A stretch of 64,000 nt of DNA, from contig CM060731.1 of NCBI GenBank assembly GCA_030704615.1, positions 45,880,001 to 45,944,000 on the forward strand, written 5' to 3'. Position numbers and translations under genes: made by a program. How positions within the stretch are numbered: the first letter of the stretch is position 1; each line of letters begins with the position of its first letter. The stretch comes from Takakia lepidozioides (lineage: Eukaryota; Plantae; Bryophyta). Under the pieces are notes generated by a model. That model worked only from the letters and a program-made list of their open reading frames with translations. It was not told the DNA's origin and did not search any database. Shown in pieces: positions 52,155-64,000 of the stretch.

Positions 52155-53807
52155 AGAGAGGAACCAAGGAGGCGGTCAGCATCATTTTGATTGGGTACCG
52201 CACCCATGGATGTTGTGCCCAGGGCATGGTTTTATTCTGCTGTCACACCCTTTACTACTGTCCATTAGTGTGTCAGCAACTTAAAACCAAGCCCTGGAGC
52301 ACATTAAAGATGGTATGCTTTGGATCTCGAGGACAATCCTGTTTTAAGTCGCGAGAAAAATTTCCCCGACGTGTAGCACGTCTGCAAATTTTCTACTCTT
52401 CTACCGGTATGCAGCTTCAGCACCAACCAACATGATGGCACAACCCATTTCAGCAGCAACTGAAAATGTGGGGTCTGTTGCTGCGATCAAGTACCGAGGA
52501 GAGGGTGGCAGGGTGGATGAGTGGGCAGGTTGTACTCAATATGTAAGGTGGAATATAGGCAGACAAGTTTTGGCTGATAGATAGGCTGGGTGCCAATTTC
52601 AGACTGTATATGCCATGCCTGGATGTTTGCATCTTCGGACATCTATCTAGTAGCTTAGAATATCTGGGGTATTCCACTCTTGCTAGAGAGAGATATCATG
52701 ATGTTGATGATGAGCAATATCAACGTGCGCTACTTTGATTGCTTCAATTTGAGAGGCTGTGAAATACTCTTTCAACAAATCATGCAGATCCTATAACCTA
52801 GTAAAATATTAACAGTTAATGTAGAACACCCAACAGATATATTTCACCGGGATTTAAAAACTGTTCAACCATTCCATCAAGTTTTGAACTTATGTAGTAA
52901 CTATTTTTTTTCTAATGCCTACTCTAATCATTGAAACAATGAACCGGCAAATACTAGACCCCTAGGATATATATGTGGAAATCTTGAAGTTCATTTGAAA
53001 GATGAAACAGATTTTGAGTATTTGGCGGGTGTGTGGGGTATGTTTTTGAAAAGAATGGAGTCCAAAGAAATGTGGGAAAAATAACAACTCAAAAGCGCGA
53101 AGGCTTTCAAAGGGGACACAATCCCATCCTTGTTGGGCGGCTATTTCATTTTTTTCATAACTAGTTGTGTCAAATTTTGGGAGAGTAATATTGCGCTTGG
53201 GTGATGGTTCTCTTACTTATGGTGGTGTTGAGAACCAAGTTGTGTCATTGGCACATAGCACCACGGAAGTGGAGGTTAGGTGGCGCGAGTATGAGCACAA
53301 GGGCATATTCCTCGATTTTCATGAAATTTTCAAAGCAAAACGGAATTGGCAAAACTAACAATTTTGCGAAACTAACACATAAAGAACAAGTAGCCCCTAT
53401 ACATGATGAACGTGCTACCCTATAAGCGTGGTTTTATCTCACGTTGTACTCACTCGATACCAAGCCCTTTTCATAACATGCACGAGAACAGGCGGTGAGG
53501 CCTAACCTTAAATTTAAGATCATCACCCATAGATAATTTCGCATGGCGAAACTCTGTACCAACCAGCCTAAGAAAAACTCACATTGTAGCTGAAATGATG
53601 AATATGTCACTTTTAAAGGCCCTACCCATGTATAGTTTTACAGAGCGAAACTTTCATCCCTAACAACTAGTACAATTACATATTGAGATGTGCAATTGCA
53701 GTGCAAAACTCTGATCCATAAAGATAGATTGGATAGCGTGCAGTTAGGATGCTCAAAAACATGAAAAAATATGAAAAATATTATTGAGATGCCCACAGAA
53801 TATCGCA

Positions 53808-55195
53808 CATGTTTTTTAACAAATACACAGTCAGACAAGAGGTTGAAAAACTCTTTTGTTACGACGAAGCAGTTCAACTCCCTCAGTTGATATCTCTCAA
53901 TATTGGTTCAACAGCATGCAAGTTTCTTAACAAGAACAATGTCACACATGAGTTTCTTGTTGAAAAACTCTTTTGTATAGAAAAACAGTTCAATTCCCTC
54001 GATTCATATCCCTCCATATTGTCTCAAAAGCATGTTGGTTTTTGAACAAATACACTGTCAGACAAGAATTTCGTGTTAAAATATTCTTTTGTTACGGCCA
54101 AGCAGTTCAAATCCCTCATTCATATCCCTCCAAAAACACTTTCAGACGAGAGTTTCATGTTGAGGAAATGATGCAGATTTTCGAACAAAACCCATTTCAG
54201 ACAAGAATTTAGTGTTGAGAAACTCTTGTGCTACGGCAAAAGGAGTTCAAATCCTTTAGTTCATATCCCTCCATATTTGTTTAAAAAACATGAAGGTTTT
54301 TGAACAAAATCATTGTCATCCTAGAGTTTTGTGTTGAGAAACTTTTTTGTCACGGCAAAGAGTTCAAATCCCTCGGTTCATATTCCTCCATATTGGTTAA
54401 AAAACATGCAGGTTTTCGAACAAAAACACTGTCAGAGAAGAGTTTCGTGTTGAGAAACTCTTTTGTTATGGCGAAGCAATTCAAATCCCTCAGTCCATGT
54501 CCCTTCATATTGGTTCAAAAACCTACAGGGTTTTGAACAAAAACACTGTCAGATAAGAGTTTCGTGTTGATAAACTCTTTTGTTATGACGAAGCAATTCA
54601 ACTCCCTCAGTCCATGTCCCTCCATGTTAGTTCAAAAGCGTGCAGGTTTTTGAACAAAAACACTGTCAGATAAGAGTTTCGTGTTGTTGAAAAACTCTTT
54701 TGCTATGGTGAAGCAATTCAACTCCCTCAGTCCATCTCCCTCTATATTGGTTCAAAAAAATTGTCAGATAAGAGTTTCGTGTTGAGAAATTCTTTTGTTA
54801 TGGCGAAGCAATTCAACTCCCTCAGTCCATCTTCTTCTATATTGGTTTAAAAACACTGCCAGAGAAGAATTTCGTGTTGAAAAACTCTTTTGATATGGTG
54901 AAGCAATTCAAATCCCTCAATCTATGTCCCTCCATATTGGTTCAAAAGCGTGCAGGTTTTTGAACAAAAACAATGTCAGAGAAGAGTTTCGTGTTGAGAA
55001 ACTCTTTTGTTATGGAGAAGCAATTCAACTCCCTTAGTCCATATCCCTCTATATTGGTTCCAAAACATGCAGGTGTTTGAACAAAAACACTATTAGAGAA
55101 GAGTTTCATGTTGAGAACTCAATATTTGTTTAAAAGCATGTACTGTTTTGAACAAATTCACTGACAAACAAGAGTTTCGTGTTGAGAAACGTTTT
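53808..55195. repeat. Tandem array of a ~117-bp unit, about 13-14 copies (some partial)
   Basis: Consensus TTTTGAACAAAAACACTGTCAGATAAGAGTTTCGTGTTGAGAAACTCTTTTGTTATGGCGAAGCAATTCAA.TCCCTCAGTCCAT.TCCCTCCATATTGGTTCAAAA.CATGCAGG. Confidence 0.92.
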
Positions 55196-56179
55196 TCAAT
55201 CTTTGAATTCATTACTAAAAATTGTCGACATTTGATATTATCAAAGCGAAACAATCTCAGTCCTTCTCAGATTCTATGCTAAAATTCACGGCACAAGAAG
55301 GAATATCCTGGTTTTATTGATGATCTAAATGACAGATGTACATGTCAACTCCGTTCCTAAAGGAAATTTCAGTAAGCGAAAGTATCCTCATTTGTTATTC
55401 TGTCTATATTGTCCTGTAACTCATTTTAATCAATATCGCTATATTTTCTGCTTACTGTGTGTTTGGTGTTATTTTCGGACGAGGGAACAAATTTATTTTT
55501 CGAGTTCTATTTAGCATCACATTTCAATAACATTAAAAGTATATTTGTATCAACTACAACTATTTTGTTTCCATTGCATGGTAGAAGCTAACGCCAAGGA
55601 GTGGATTGAATTGAAGAGAGCTCGTGAGTTCAAGGTCTTAAAGGATCAATTGTGAAGGGAGATAGAGAAGAAATGCCAAGCAGCAAGTCAACCCAGCCCA
55701 CCAGTTCAGCCCCAACCTATGACAAAGCCTCAAGTTCCATTGGATAATTTGAACTATGGACCGAGGGCCACTCGCACAAATGTGCTTGAGGGCGAGTTCT
55801 CTCCTCCAAGATGAACTTGGAATTCTCCAACCTTTGTGCAAGGAAACATGGTTGATGATGACTATTCGCACCTGCAGTTGCACCAAAATTCGGTTCCCTT
55901 CACAACTCAAATGGATTATGCACCAAAAAGTTGCCCAAGTAGCATATGGTTCCAATTTATTTAGGGTCCACTTTGGTAGCATGAGGTAGTTCAGGCTATT
56001 ACTACAATTCAGATAGGGATGGAAAGACATTCTTCAGTCTTAACCAAAATAAAGTATGTCCCTGATTACTTCACCTTGCATAATAAGAATAGAGATGGAG
56101 AGGTTAGAGGTGTCCAAATCCTACATGCTATATGTCGTTGGAACCAGGTTGGAACCACACATACCTGCTCTTGCTGATC

Positions 56180-56734
56180 CGAGCGGAGCAATAGCTTTTC
56201 AAACACTCAATAGCTGTAGATTTCCCTCGCTTGCAATATTCTTCAAGTGAGTCGCCACTTGCTCCATATGCCAACATTCTTAAAGCAGCCGTTGTTTTTT
56301 GATAGGGACTCAATCCCGGTTTGCCACATGCATCATACCTTTGTGTAAAACATGATCATAGTTTGCAACAACATCTTGAATTTAGAGGAAAAGCTCCCTT
56401 CTCATCCGATATCGTCTTCCGAAGATTTTTCCGTCATACATAGGATTCTCTGCACAGAAGTAATCTCTGTAGATTCTTCGGTGTCCTTCAGCATGGTCTC
56501 TTGCAAGGTTGGGCCTCATACCTGCCTCCTACTAGGCTTACTGCCGCCCCTAATAGTAGGTTCAGGTTCGAGTTGGTGAAGAGCAGCCCCTTGAAGCAAC
56601 ATATGGATATCGTAATCGGCCAGGTTAGCAGGGTCATCAGTGAGCTCTCTCATCAACTGTGCTTGCCTCTGCCTCCAAATTAGGTCCATGTTCTCTCCCC
56701 CAATGAAATTCAGCACGATCCTATCCAATTCCAC
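56180..56734 (-). mobile_element. PIF/Harbinger transposase N-terminal remnant
   Basis: HRRIYRDYFCAENPMY..FGRRYRMRRELF..TQRYDACGKPGLSPYQKTTAALRMLAYGASGDSLEEY is the classic plant Harbinger transposase N-terminus. The catalytic core is missing. Confidence 0.85.
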
Positions 56735-57384
56735 TATGGGTGTGAAACTTCTGAAGTATTTTCTGAAGAGTTCAATATCCTTGTAAGAATCGAAAGAATC
56801 AAAGCTTACAAATAAAGGTAACCATGATAATCATTCCACGGACAATAGAGACCAAAAATGAGTAAAAAAAACAGATACGAACAAGAAGAAAGTTCACTAA
56901 CAACTTTCAAGAACCAAATGTTCTGAAGAGAATCAAGTGGGAAAAGAATCAAAGCTTACAAATAAAGGTAACCATGAAGACCTAAGATTCTCGTTCCAAG
57001 GAGAAGAGAGACCAAATAGGAATTAAAAAAATAGAAACGAAGAGACGAAGAAGAAGAAAGTTTACGAAGAGCTTTCAAGAACGAGATATTTTGGAGAGAA
57101 TCAAGTGGGGATTGGAATAACAGGTGTGGCGCAGCCTAGAGCTTTTTCTACTTATAGTCAGCTCAGCCAAGATTTGGCGGTTCGCTGGAAAGGATCCAAT
57201 CATCTTGCCTATGTTCTAGATGTTGAAGTATTTCCATAAAAGTATTCTACCAACATCTAAGACATAGGCACGACTGAAGGCGCGGCTCCCAAAACCTTTC
57301 TTAATCCTACAGACAAAACTCTAGTAGGAGACCAGTGTTGGACTGGTATATAGGTTTGGGGCGGGTATCAACTAGGGTAAGGGT

Positions 57385-60234
57385 AATGGTGGCTTTATCA
57401 CACAAAGCCTGAAACTCCCCCAAGAACTCTCTCTCTTGATCCGTGAGTACCTCAGCTGGAGCACCGAATCGGCTCAACACACGATCCAAGAATGCATACG
57501 CAGCCTCCTCACTAGCCTTGTCAGGCAATGGAACCAACTCAATCCACTTGGAGAAGTGCTCCACATCACCAACACATATCTGTGGTGGCGCATAGTCAGT
57601 GGCAACGGTCCTGCGAAGTCAAGACTCCACCTGTAGCCCAATCCCATGATTGGTAAATGATGCAACAATGGTCTAAGGGCGTTGAATGAAGCACGCACCC
57701 TGTCACACACCATGCACATATCCATGAACTATTGCACCTCTGTATGTATACCACGCCACCAATACTGCCCCTGAAGTAAACTGTGAGTGCGTCGCACTCC
57801 AAAAATGCCCCAACTCCTCATGGGCATGCCGCACCAACTGTGCACGCTGTGTGGGGTGAGGCACAATCCTCACCCGACCATCCTCCCATACTCGGAGCAG
57901 GTGTTTCCCCTTCCACTTGAACCTCTTGGCTTGTTGTAGGATCCGATCCCTCTCCTTGGCAGTCATAGTGGTTGTCGTGTCTCTAGTACGGAGGTAGTCC
58001 AACACAGTCGAATCCTCATGTATATCTCTGGTACCACCTGGCTCATCACTAGCCTCAGGGTCCTCAGACACTTCGTCTACAGTCATCCATGTTGTAGGTC
58101 CAACCTGACCTCCCGATGCCAAGATACACAAAAAGGCAGATGCATGTCATCCCGGCACCATCTCCTCGTCCGTCTCACCATGCCACCGAGCTCCAGTGTC
58201 ATCGTGCTGGCTCGTGCATGGATTGCGACTCAATCCATCCGCATCCCGATTGACCAAACCCGGTCGATGCACAACCTGAAAGTCATACTCCTGGAGTATG
58301 AGTGCCCACCGTGCAAGCTTCTCCGTAAGCTTGTTTGACTACATCAACCACTTGAATGGCTGGTGATCCATGACAAGGGTGAAGAGATTGTCGTATAGAT
58401 AGCACCTGAAGTGTGCCACGGCCCACACTGCAGCTAAGCACTCTCCCTCATATGAACTATATTTAGCCTCTGCAGCGTTGTTCGAGCGGCTAGCATAAGC
58501 CACTACGAACTCTCTTCCCTCATCATCCACATGTGTGAGCACCGCTCCAAACCCCAGCATGCTCCAATCCGTATGCAGCTGAAAGGGACGCCCCCTGATA
58601 GGTCGTCTCAGGATAGGCGCCGAAGTCAACCTCGCCTTGAGCTCTTGGAAAGTTCGTTCCTGCTCATCTTCCCACTGCTACTCCTGGTCCACCTTGGTCA
58701 ACTTGGTTAGAGCCTTTGCAATGGCACTAAATCCCTTGACAAACCGTCTATTGTTTGTCAACCCCATGAAAGCTCGAACTCGGCTTACATCTGTGGGGCG
58801 TGGAATTTGTGCAATGGCCTCTACCTTAGTCTGCTATACCCCCAATCCTCCAGGATATATCATGTGACCCAGATACTCAATCTGGTTGTGGAAAAACTTG
58901 CACTTCCCTGGATGCAACTTCAATCTGTGCGCTCTCAAGCGCTCAAATACCACCTGAAGGTGTTTCTCATGCTCCTCCACCGTAGCACTAAAGATGATGA
59001 TGTCATCTATGTAGCACCGAGCAAAGTCCACCCCTGCTAGAATCCTATCCATGACTTTCTGAAACTCTGCAGGAGCGTTCTTAAGCCTAAATGGTAAGAA
59101 CCGCCACTGATATAGGCACTCTTTGCCGTGCTCATTGATCCCCCATAATGTCGTCTTCTGCTTGTCCACCTCCTTGATCGGCAACTGATGATATCCGGAT
59201 CATAAATCCAAAGGGCTAAAGACCTTAGTATACCCGATGGCATCAAAGATCTCCTCTGGTGTTGGCATGGCATACTTATTGGACTTGGTCTGACGATTTA
59301 TAGGCCGGTAATTACCGCACATACGTCTCTCCGTCCAATTGCCATAAACATCCTTCTTGGCTAGCATCACTGTGGCTGAAGCATACTCTCCACCAGAGAG
59401 CTCCACCAAACCTGCCTTCCAGAGATCTTGAGTCCTCATCTGAATCAAAGACCTCTCCATATCACTGTATCTATAGGGTCTCCGAAAGATTGGCGTGTCA
59501 GTGGCCAACTCAATACGGATCTCTTGACACTTCAGTGCTCCCAAGTCCTTCAAACTGAAGGCAAAGCAATTCCTGTAAGCCCTTAGGAGCCGCGGTATAC
59601 GTCGTCTATCTCCTCCAGTGACAATGGGTCCAATGTCAGGCTCCCAATTGTCCTCCGTAACTGCAACCTTAAGTCGAGTGGACGCGTCCAGTGGTTACTA
59701 TGTTTCAACCTCTTGAGCAGTACTCCCTACCAGCTTAGTCAATGACAAGGCCTCATCCTGCCCCATCATCTCATCCTCGAGGACTTCCTCCACCCGAGAA
59801 AAATCCCCAACCTCATCCATCACCGCCACTTTGGCTGCCAACTCCCTCTGAACCTCGAGCACCTCCCACGTGTGCCATGGATGCCTGCACCCCGTGGTCC
59901 TCACATGTTCGCCCCCACTCACTGCCTGTACCGTCTCGGTAGGCAGAGAGACCATCGAGGGAAGTGTACTCCGCACTCTGCGTTGCTCAGCCATAGCCAA
60001 GCTGATAATCCAGGTCAAGCAATTGAGATCCATTGCTTGCCCCAACACCTGACAACGTGATGCCTTAGAAAGAGACGACACCGCCATGGTACCAGAGGTA
60101 AAACCCATCGCCCGCTCACGCTCGTCTGCATTAGGCTCCACTCACTGCTGCAACTAAGCATCCCACAGGAGGCCAGGTCCACTATCCCGGAAAGCATGCG
60201 ATCCTGGGAAGCTGAGCAGTGTAGGTAGTGCTGC
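57385..60234 (-). mobile_element. Decayed Ty3/Gypsy pol: DNMT C-terminus, RT, RNase H, integrase
   Basis: RT PIFRRPYR, YAMPTPEEIF, LKNAPAEFQ, YIDDII; RNase H HTDWS and YSSYEGECLAAVWAV; integrase HEELGHF, WSLDFAGPL, VLTDQ. The upstream in-frame segment ALPTL...EPNADERERAMGF...RCQVLGQAMDLNCL resembles C5-MTase motifs IX-X. No LTRs seen. Confidence 0.88.
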
Positions 60235-63200
60235 TACCCACCGAACATTCAACTGGGTACTACGCTGTATTCGCCCATTATGGCCCACTCCAAACACGCC
60301 AGCAAGCACTGGACTGGCATCTTCAAGGTCAAGTTGCTACATCCAGCCAGGGACGGCATCGCTCTCTTGAAAGGTGACCGAGCCTTCCTCATAGAGATGT
60401 CCTCTGGCATACCAATGCAGGGTAAGGTGGAAAAAGCATTCGATTTACAATCGACAATGGAACATCTCTCTTTATACATGACAAGCGAAAGCCTACACGG
60501 AACTATCAGCCACAAGCTTACAATGAATCTCATCATGGAAGCTCACGTTCATGGTGATGAGTACGAGATCCTCTACACTCACAAGACTGGGCCAGAGTCC
60601 AAGTTCTGCTTCATATACGTCACTTCCGAGGACACCAAACAAAGGATGCTGACACAGGGCATCCGATTCGGGCGCACGCTGATCAGACCACAACTGCAAT
60701 TTTGGCAAACTAGCATGACGAGTTTAGCATCTACCCCACAGGAAATCGTGGCAGAGAGAAACGCGCTTACACTCATTGTGAAAAATCTCAACCAACTGCA
60801 TCCACAGGCAGCTATCGAGGACGCCCTACACTCTATCTTTGGAAAAGACAACATCACACAAATCTATTTTTGTTCGGTTGTTCCTGAAGAAAAGATCAAG
60901 CGCACTGGCATGATCTTGATTACGTGCAAAAACCCCAGTGTCTACACACAGTGGGTCAACAAACCGCATGTGTTGGTCATCGACCGCTACATCAACTTCG
61001 AGCCACATAACAATAGTCTGAACGGAGCTGTACCACCGGTAAAGGAAATTTCTCGACAAGCTCCGGGTGGCGAACATCAACCAGGCGCTAGCCGACACGG
61101 TGAACTCAATTGCAATCAAACCAAACTCGGGATCTTCTCGTGGTCACGAAGCTATGATGTCTGAGATAGACAAAAAACTAGCTACTCATGCCATATCGAT
61201 AAGAAAGGATATTCATGGAGAACTTTCTGCAATGGAATCGCGGGTGGCCACCACCTTGACAAAGCAACAGGAGGAACACCATGCGTATATGTTGTCTCTG
61301 AAGGAATCGATCACCAAGAATCTTGGAGCGAATCTGGCGAATTTCTTTCACCATGCAAAGTGGGTGTTGGCCAAGTTAGGCATCACTAACTCCTCAACTG
61401 CAGAGGGTGACGGCAACAACGCGCTTGATGTACAGACTGGTCAATACCGCCAGTTAGCGCGGAGCGAAGAGGAGCAGGCCGACACAAACCCCAGAAGGCC
61501 CCCCCCCCCGCGACACGGGTGACAGCCACATGGCCATGGCCTAGATCACGGCAGCACCTGATAATCAGGGTTAGCAGGTCGGGAGCTTCCCTGTTCTCTC
61601 AACCGCGCTCGTCAATCCCGCCAATGTATAATCACCCTGTGCGATCATGGACCACCGCCGCCAAAAGACAACTTCACCCTCATCTGCAGCTACAGTTTAG
61701 CCGCTAGATACCAATTTCTCTTTTTCTAGTTCTGCTCCTTTCAGTCTGTGTTGTTTGCCCCGCGATCTCTCCTACATCAATAAAAAATCTTAGTCCTCTT
61801 TCTACTGATCTACGTGCCTCTACAAACCTGCTAAGCGCCCCAGGGTGGTACGATCCCACAAGACTCCTCATTATGTCCACTCGCATGCTCTGCACATAGA
61901 GATGTTACGACAACTTCCACGCCAACGACCGAACGGTACGCCTCTCCACCCACATAGATCCCACGCTACATGAAATACTAACACCGCCGTGCCCACACTC
62001 TTCACTCACTTCTGCTCGAATCACACCTTCCTGCAGCAATATAAACATTCTCCAATAACTACTAGTCACTGCTCGATCTCTCTGATGTCCTGGCCAACGA
62101 ACTCCTGCGATCTGTTGCGCCTCTACAAACACCCTGCCGCAGCTTACCACCTTCCACAACAACCTTGTCCCGCAATTTACCACCTTCCTTCACCCGATGG
62201 ATCACGGACTAGCCCCGTCTCCAACGCTTCAAAATTCAAAACATGCACGTCTACCTAACTACTGGCGACGTATTGCCCTTGCAATTCCCTTCTCAATTCC
62301 CCCAATCACAATCATCCATCCACCGTACCCTCTTCCGTTTTTCTAAGCCACCCACATCCATCCACCCAAATGATATCTCATGTACCACTGACACTGTTAT
62401 ATACCGCCTCTATGATACTATACTACCCCTAATACGATGCCCATTATTCATTCCGTATACTCTGCCTCCATACCACAATAATACCCCCTAGTCACATCTA
62501 CATACGTCCACCATACCACTAGTTACTTGCACCCACTATTATGGGTAGAGCCCCTTATTAACGGATGGATGAAACGAACTTCATCCAAAACCCCTACCCC
62601 ACAATCCGCATCATCTCCCCTATGGGCACCCATATACATATACATCCCCATCCAAGGTATACTCAATATACCCTTCCTATTCTCTCCACCATGCAAGTTA
62701 CTCTACCCCGTTCTTACCCATGAATCATATGAACACATAACCCCGCTACCTCCAACTACCCTCACACTCTTACAAGTTTTTGCCCTACCCATTAACCATC
62801 TCATTACCCATAGCCCACACGGGGATACCCACTACACCTAGGAAGGTCCACAACACACACCATCATCCCCCCTCCCATGATACCTCCTACATAGATTACC
62901 TGCTCTGACTCATCCTATTACGATGCGGAGACCTAAACCAAACCCGGGCCCTACCACATTAACGAATTTTCAGAGAACTCCCCATAGACGCACAAGACAG
63001 ATACGCTACTATACTTCCAACCAGACACTGTGTCGCCAGGCACAATATCGAACACATTGTTGACCATTTCACCCCATTTTTCCATGCCGACAAAACCTAT
63101 AACCATACGCAATACATCACAAAATTTGGACTACCGTTCAAATGCTACCCGACACTCTCAAAACCCTCTTAAGACTAAAAATCCTTCCCCGCGCCACAGC

Positions 63201-64000
63201 TACTCTTCTCACCTTATCATCCTCATTTCCCCTCCAACAGAGACCTGAATGGATACCTATCTCCCACTCAGCCCCCCCCAGAGATCGCTCCCTCCGTCCA
63301 CGAGATTACAAAGATTACCTCCGCGTTCCCACAACTACCTGCCCGCCTCCACACTCCCTATCCGCAATCCACACGCCCTTAACCTTTTGAACTCCAAACC
63401 CGGAGTAGTGCATAAAAGTCCTCGGGGACCACCCTCGCCTCAGTAGCCACCGCCCGACCTAGACAAAACGTCACATCACAAATCAATTCCCCTTCATCTC
63501 CAATGATATCCCGTTGCCCGTACACTTTCAGCAGTTGCACCCCGAAATACCCGGATACGATCCCCCAACCACGCCGTTACTGAGGACCCCTCATTGCCCC
63601 TCTCCCAACCGCGCCCTCCCCTATTCTCGGCGAACTGCCCAACACAAAAACGATCACCTCTTGGAACGTGGGTCACTAGCCACTAGCATTACAAGCCTAC
63701 TCCCTCTCTTCACCACTCTCGCAACCAAATCTCCTACTACAAAGAAGAAACCAAACTACATACTCACAATACTAGCAGCTCCTACATAAATAAATTGCTA
63801 CCGATTACTTCCTCTTATATGGCACCCCCCTAATGGCCCAGCAGTGTCTCTCGCCGCCGCTCTGCCCATTACAAACCGACTAGGGGTGGAGTAGCACTTG
63901 AATTCTTAAGACACATCACTCCCCTAGTACCACCACCAAAATTGCCATACCTATCCCCTTCGTTAACACCTTCAAATTATCAACATACACCCACCAGCAT
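60235..64000 (+). mobile_element. Non-LTR element 5' region: ORF1-like protein (RRM-like + coiled coil) and a degenerate C/A-rich downstream region
   Basis: ORF 60280-61164 frameshifting into 61067-61522; RRM-like segments FCFIYVTSE and TLIVKNL...ITQIYF...GMILITC; helical heptad-like tail; strong C/A strand bias downstream. No RT inside the window. Confidence 0.5.

Noticed and set aside
53808-55195. CRISPR-like array (palindromic repeats at regular spacing)
   Set aside because: The sequences between hairpins are homologous rather than unique spacers; eukaryotic context; no cas genes.

Overview
Repeat-rich eukaryotic nuclear DNA from a land plant, most likely a bryophyte (inferred from the ABI3 B2 motif and the TE families; the species cannot be named from sequence alone). 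There are three intact spliced genes: a 6-exon GMP synthase (minus, 2485-6205), a 3-exon secreted SURNod19-family protein (minus, 11371-13015) and a 6-exon ABI3/VP1 B3 transcription factor (plus, 49830-52154). The rest is mostly nested transposons: L1-type LINE fragments, a CRE/R2-type RLE non-LTR element, a Gypsy gag interrupted by a Galadriel-like chromovirus that runs into a 500-N gap, a pogo-like remnant, a PIF/Harbinger remnant, a ~117-bp hairpin-containing tandem array and a captured ribosomal P2 fragment. Two candidates stand out. (1) A decayed Ty3/Gypsy pol (minus, 57385-60234) carries the C-terminal motifs IX-X of a C5-cytosine DNA methyltransferase in frame directly ahead of RT. (2) A complete 7.0-kb Mutator-like element (30709-37732; 9-bp TSD, 21-bp imperfect TIRs) has a transposase with a GCM-like zinc DNA-binding domain, ABRE-like subterminal repeats and a divergent passenger ORF. 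All family assignments are by eye from motif recognition; no searches were run.
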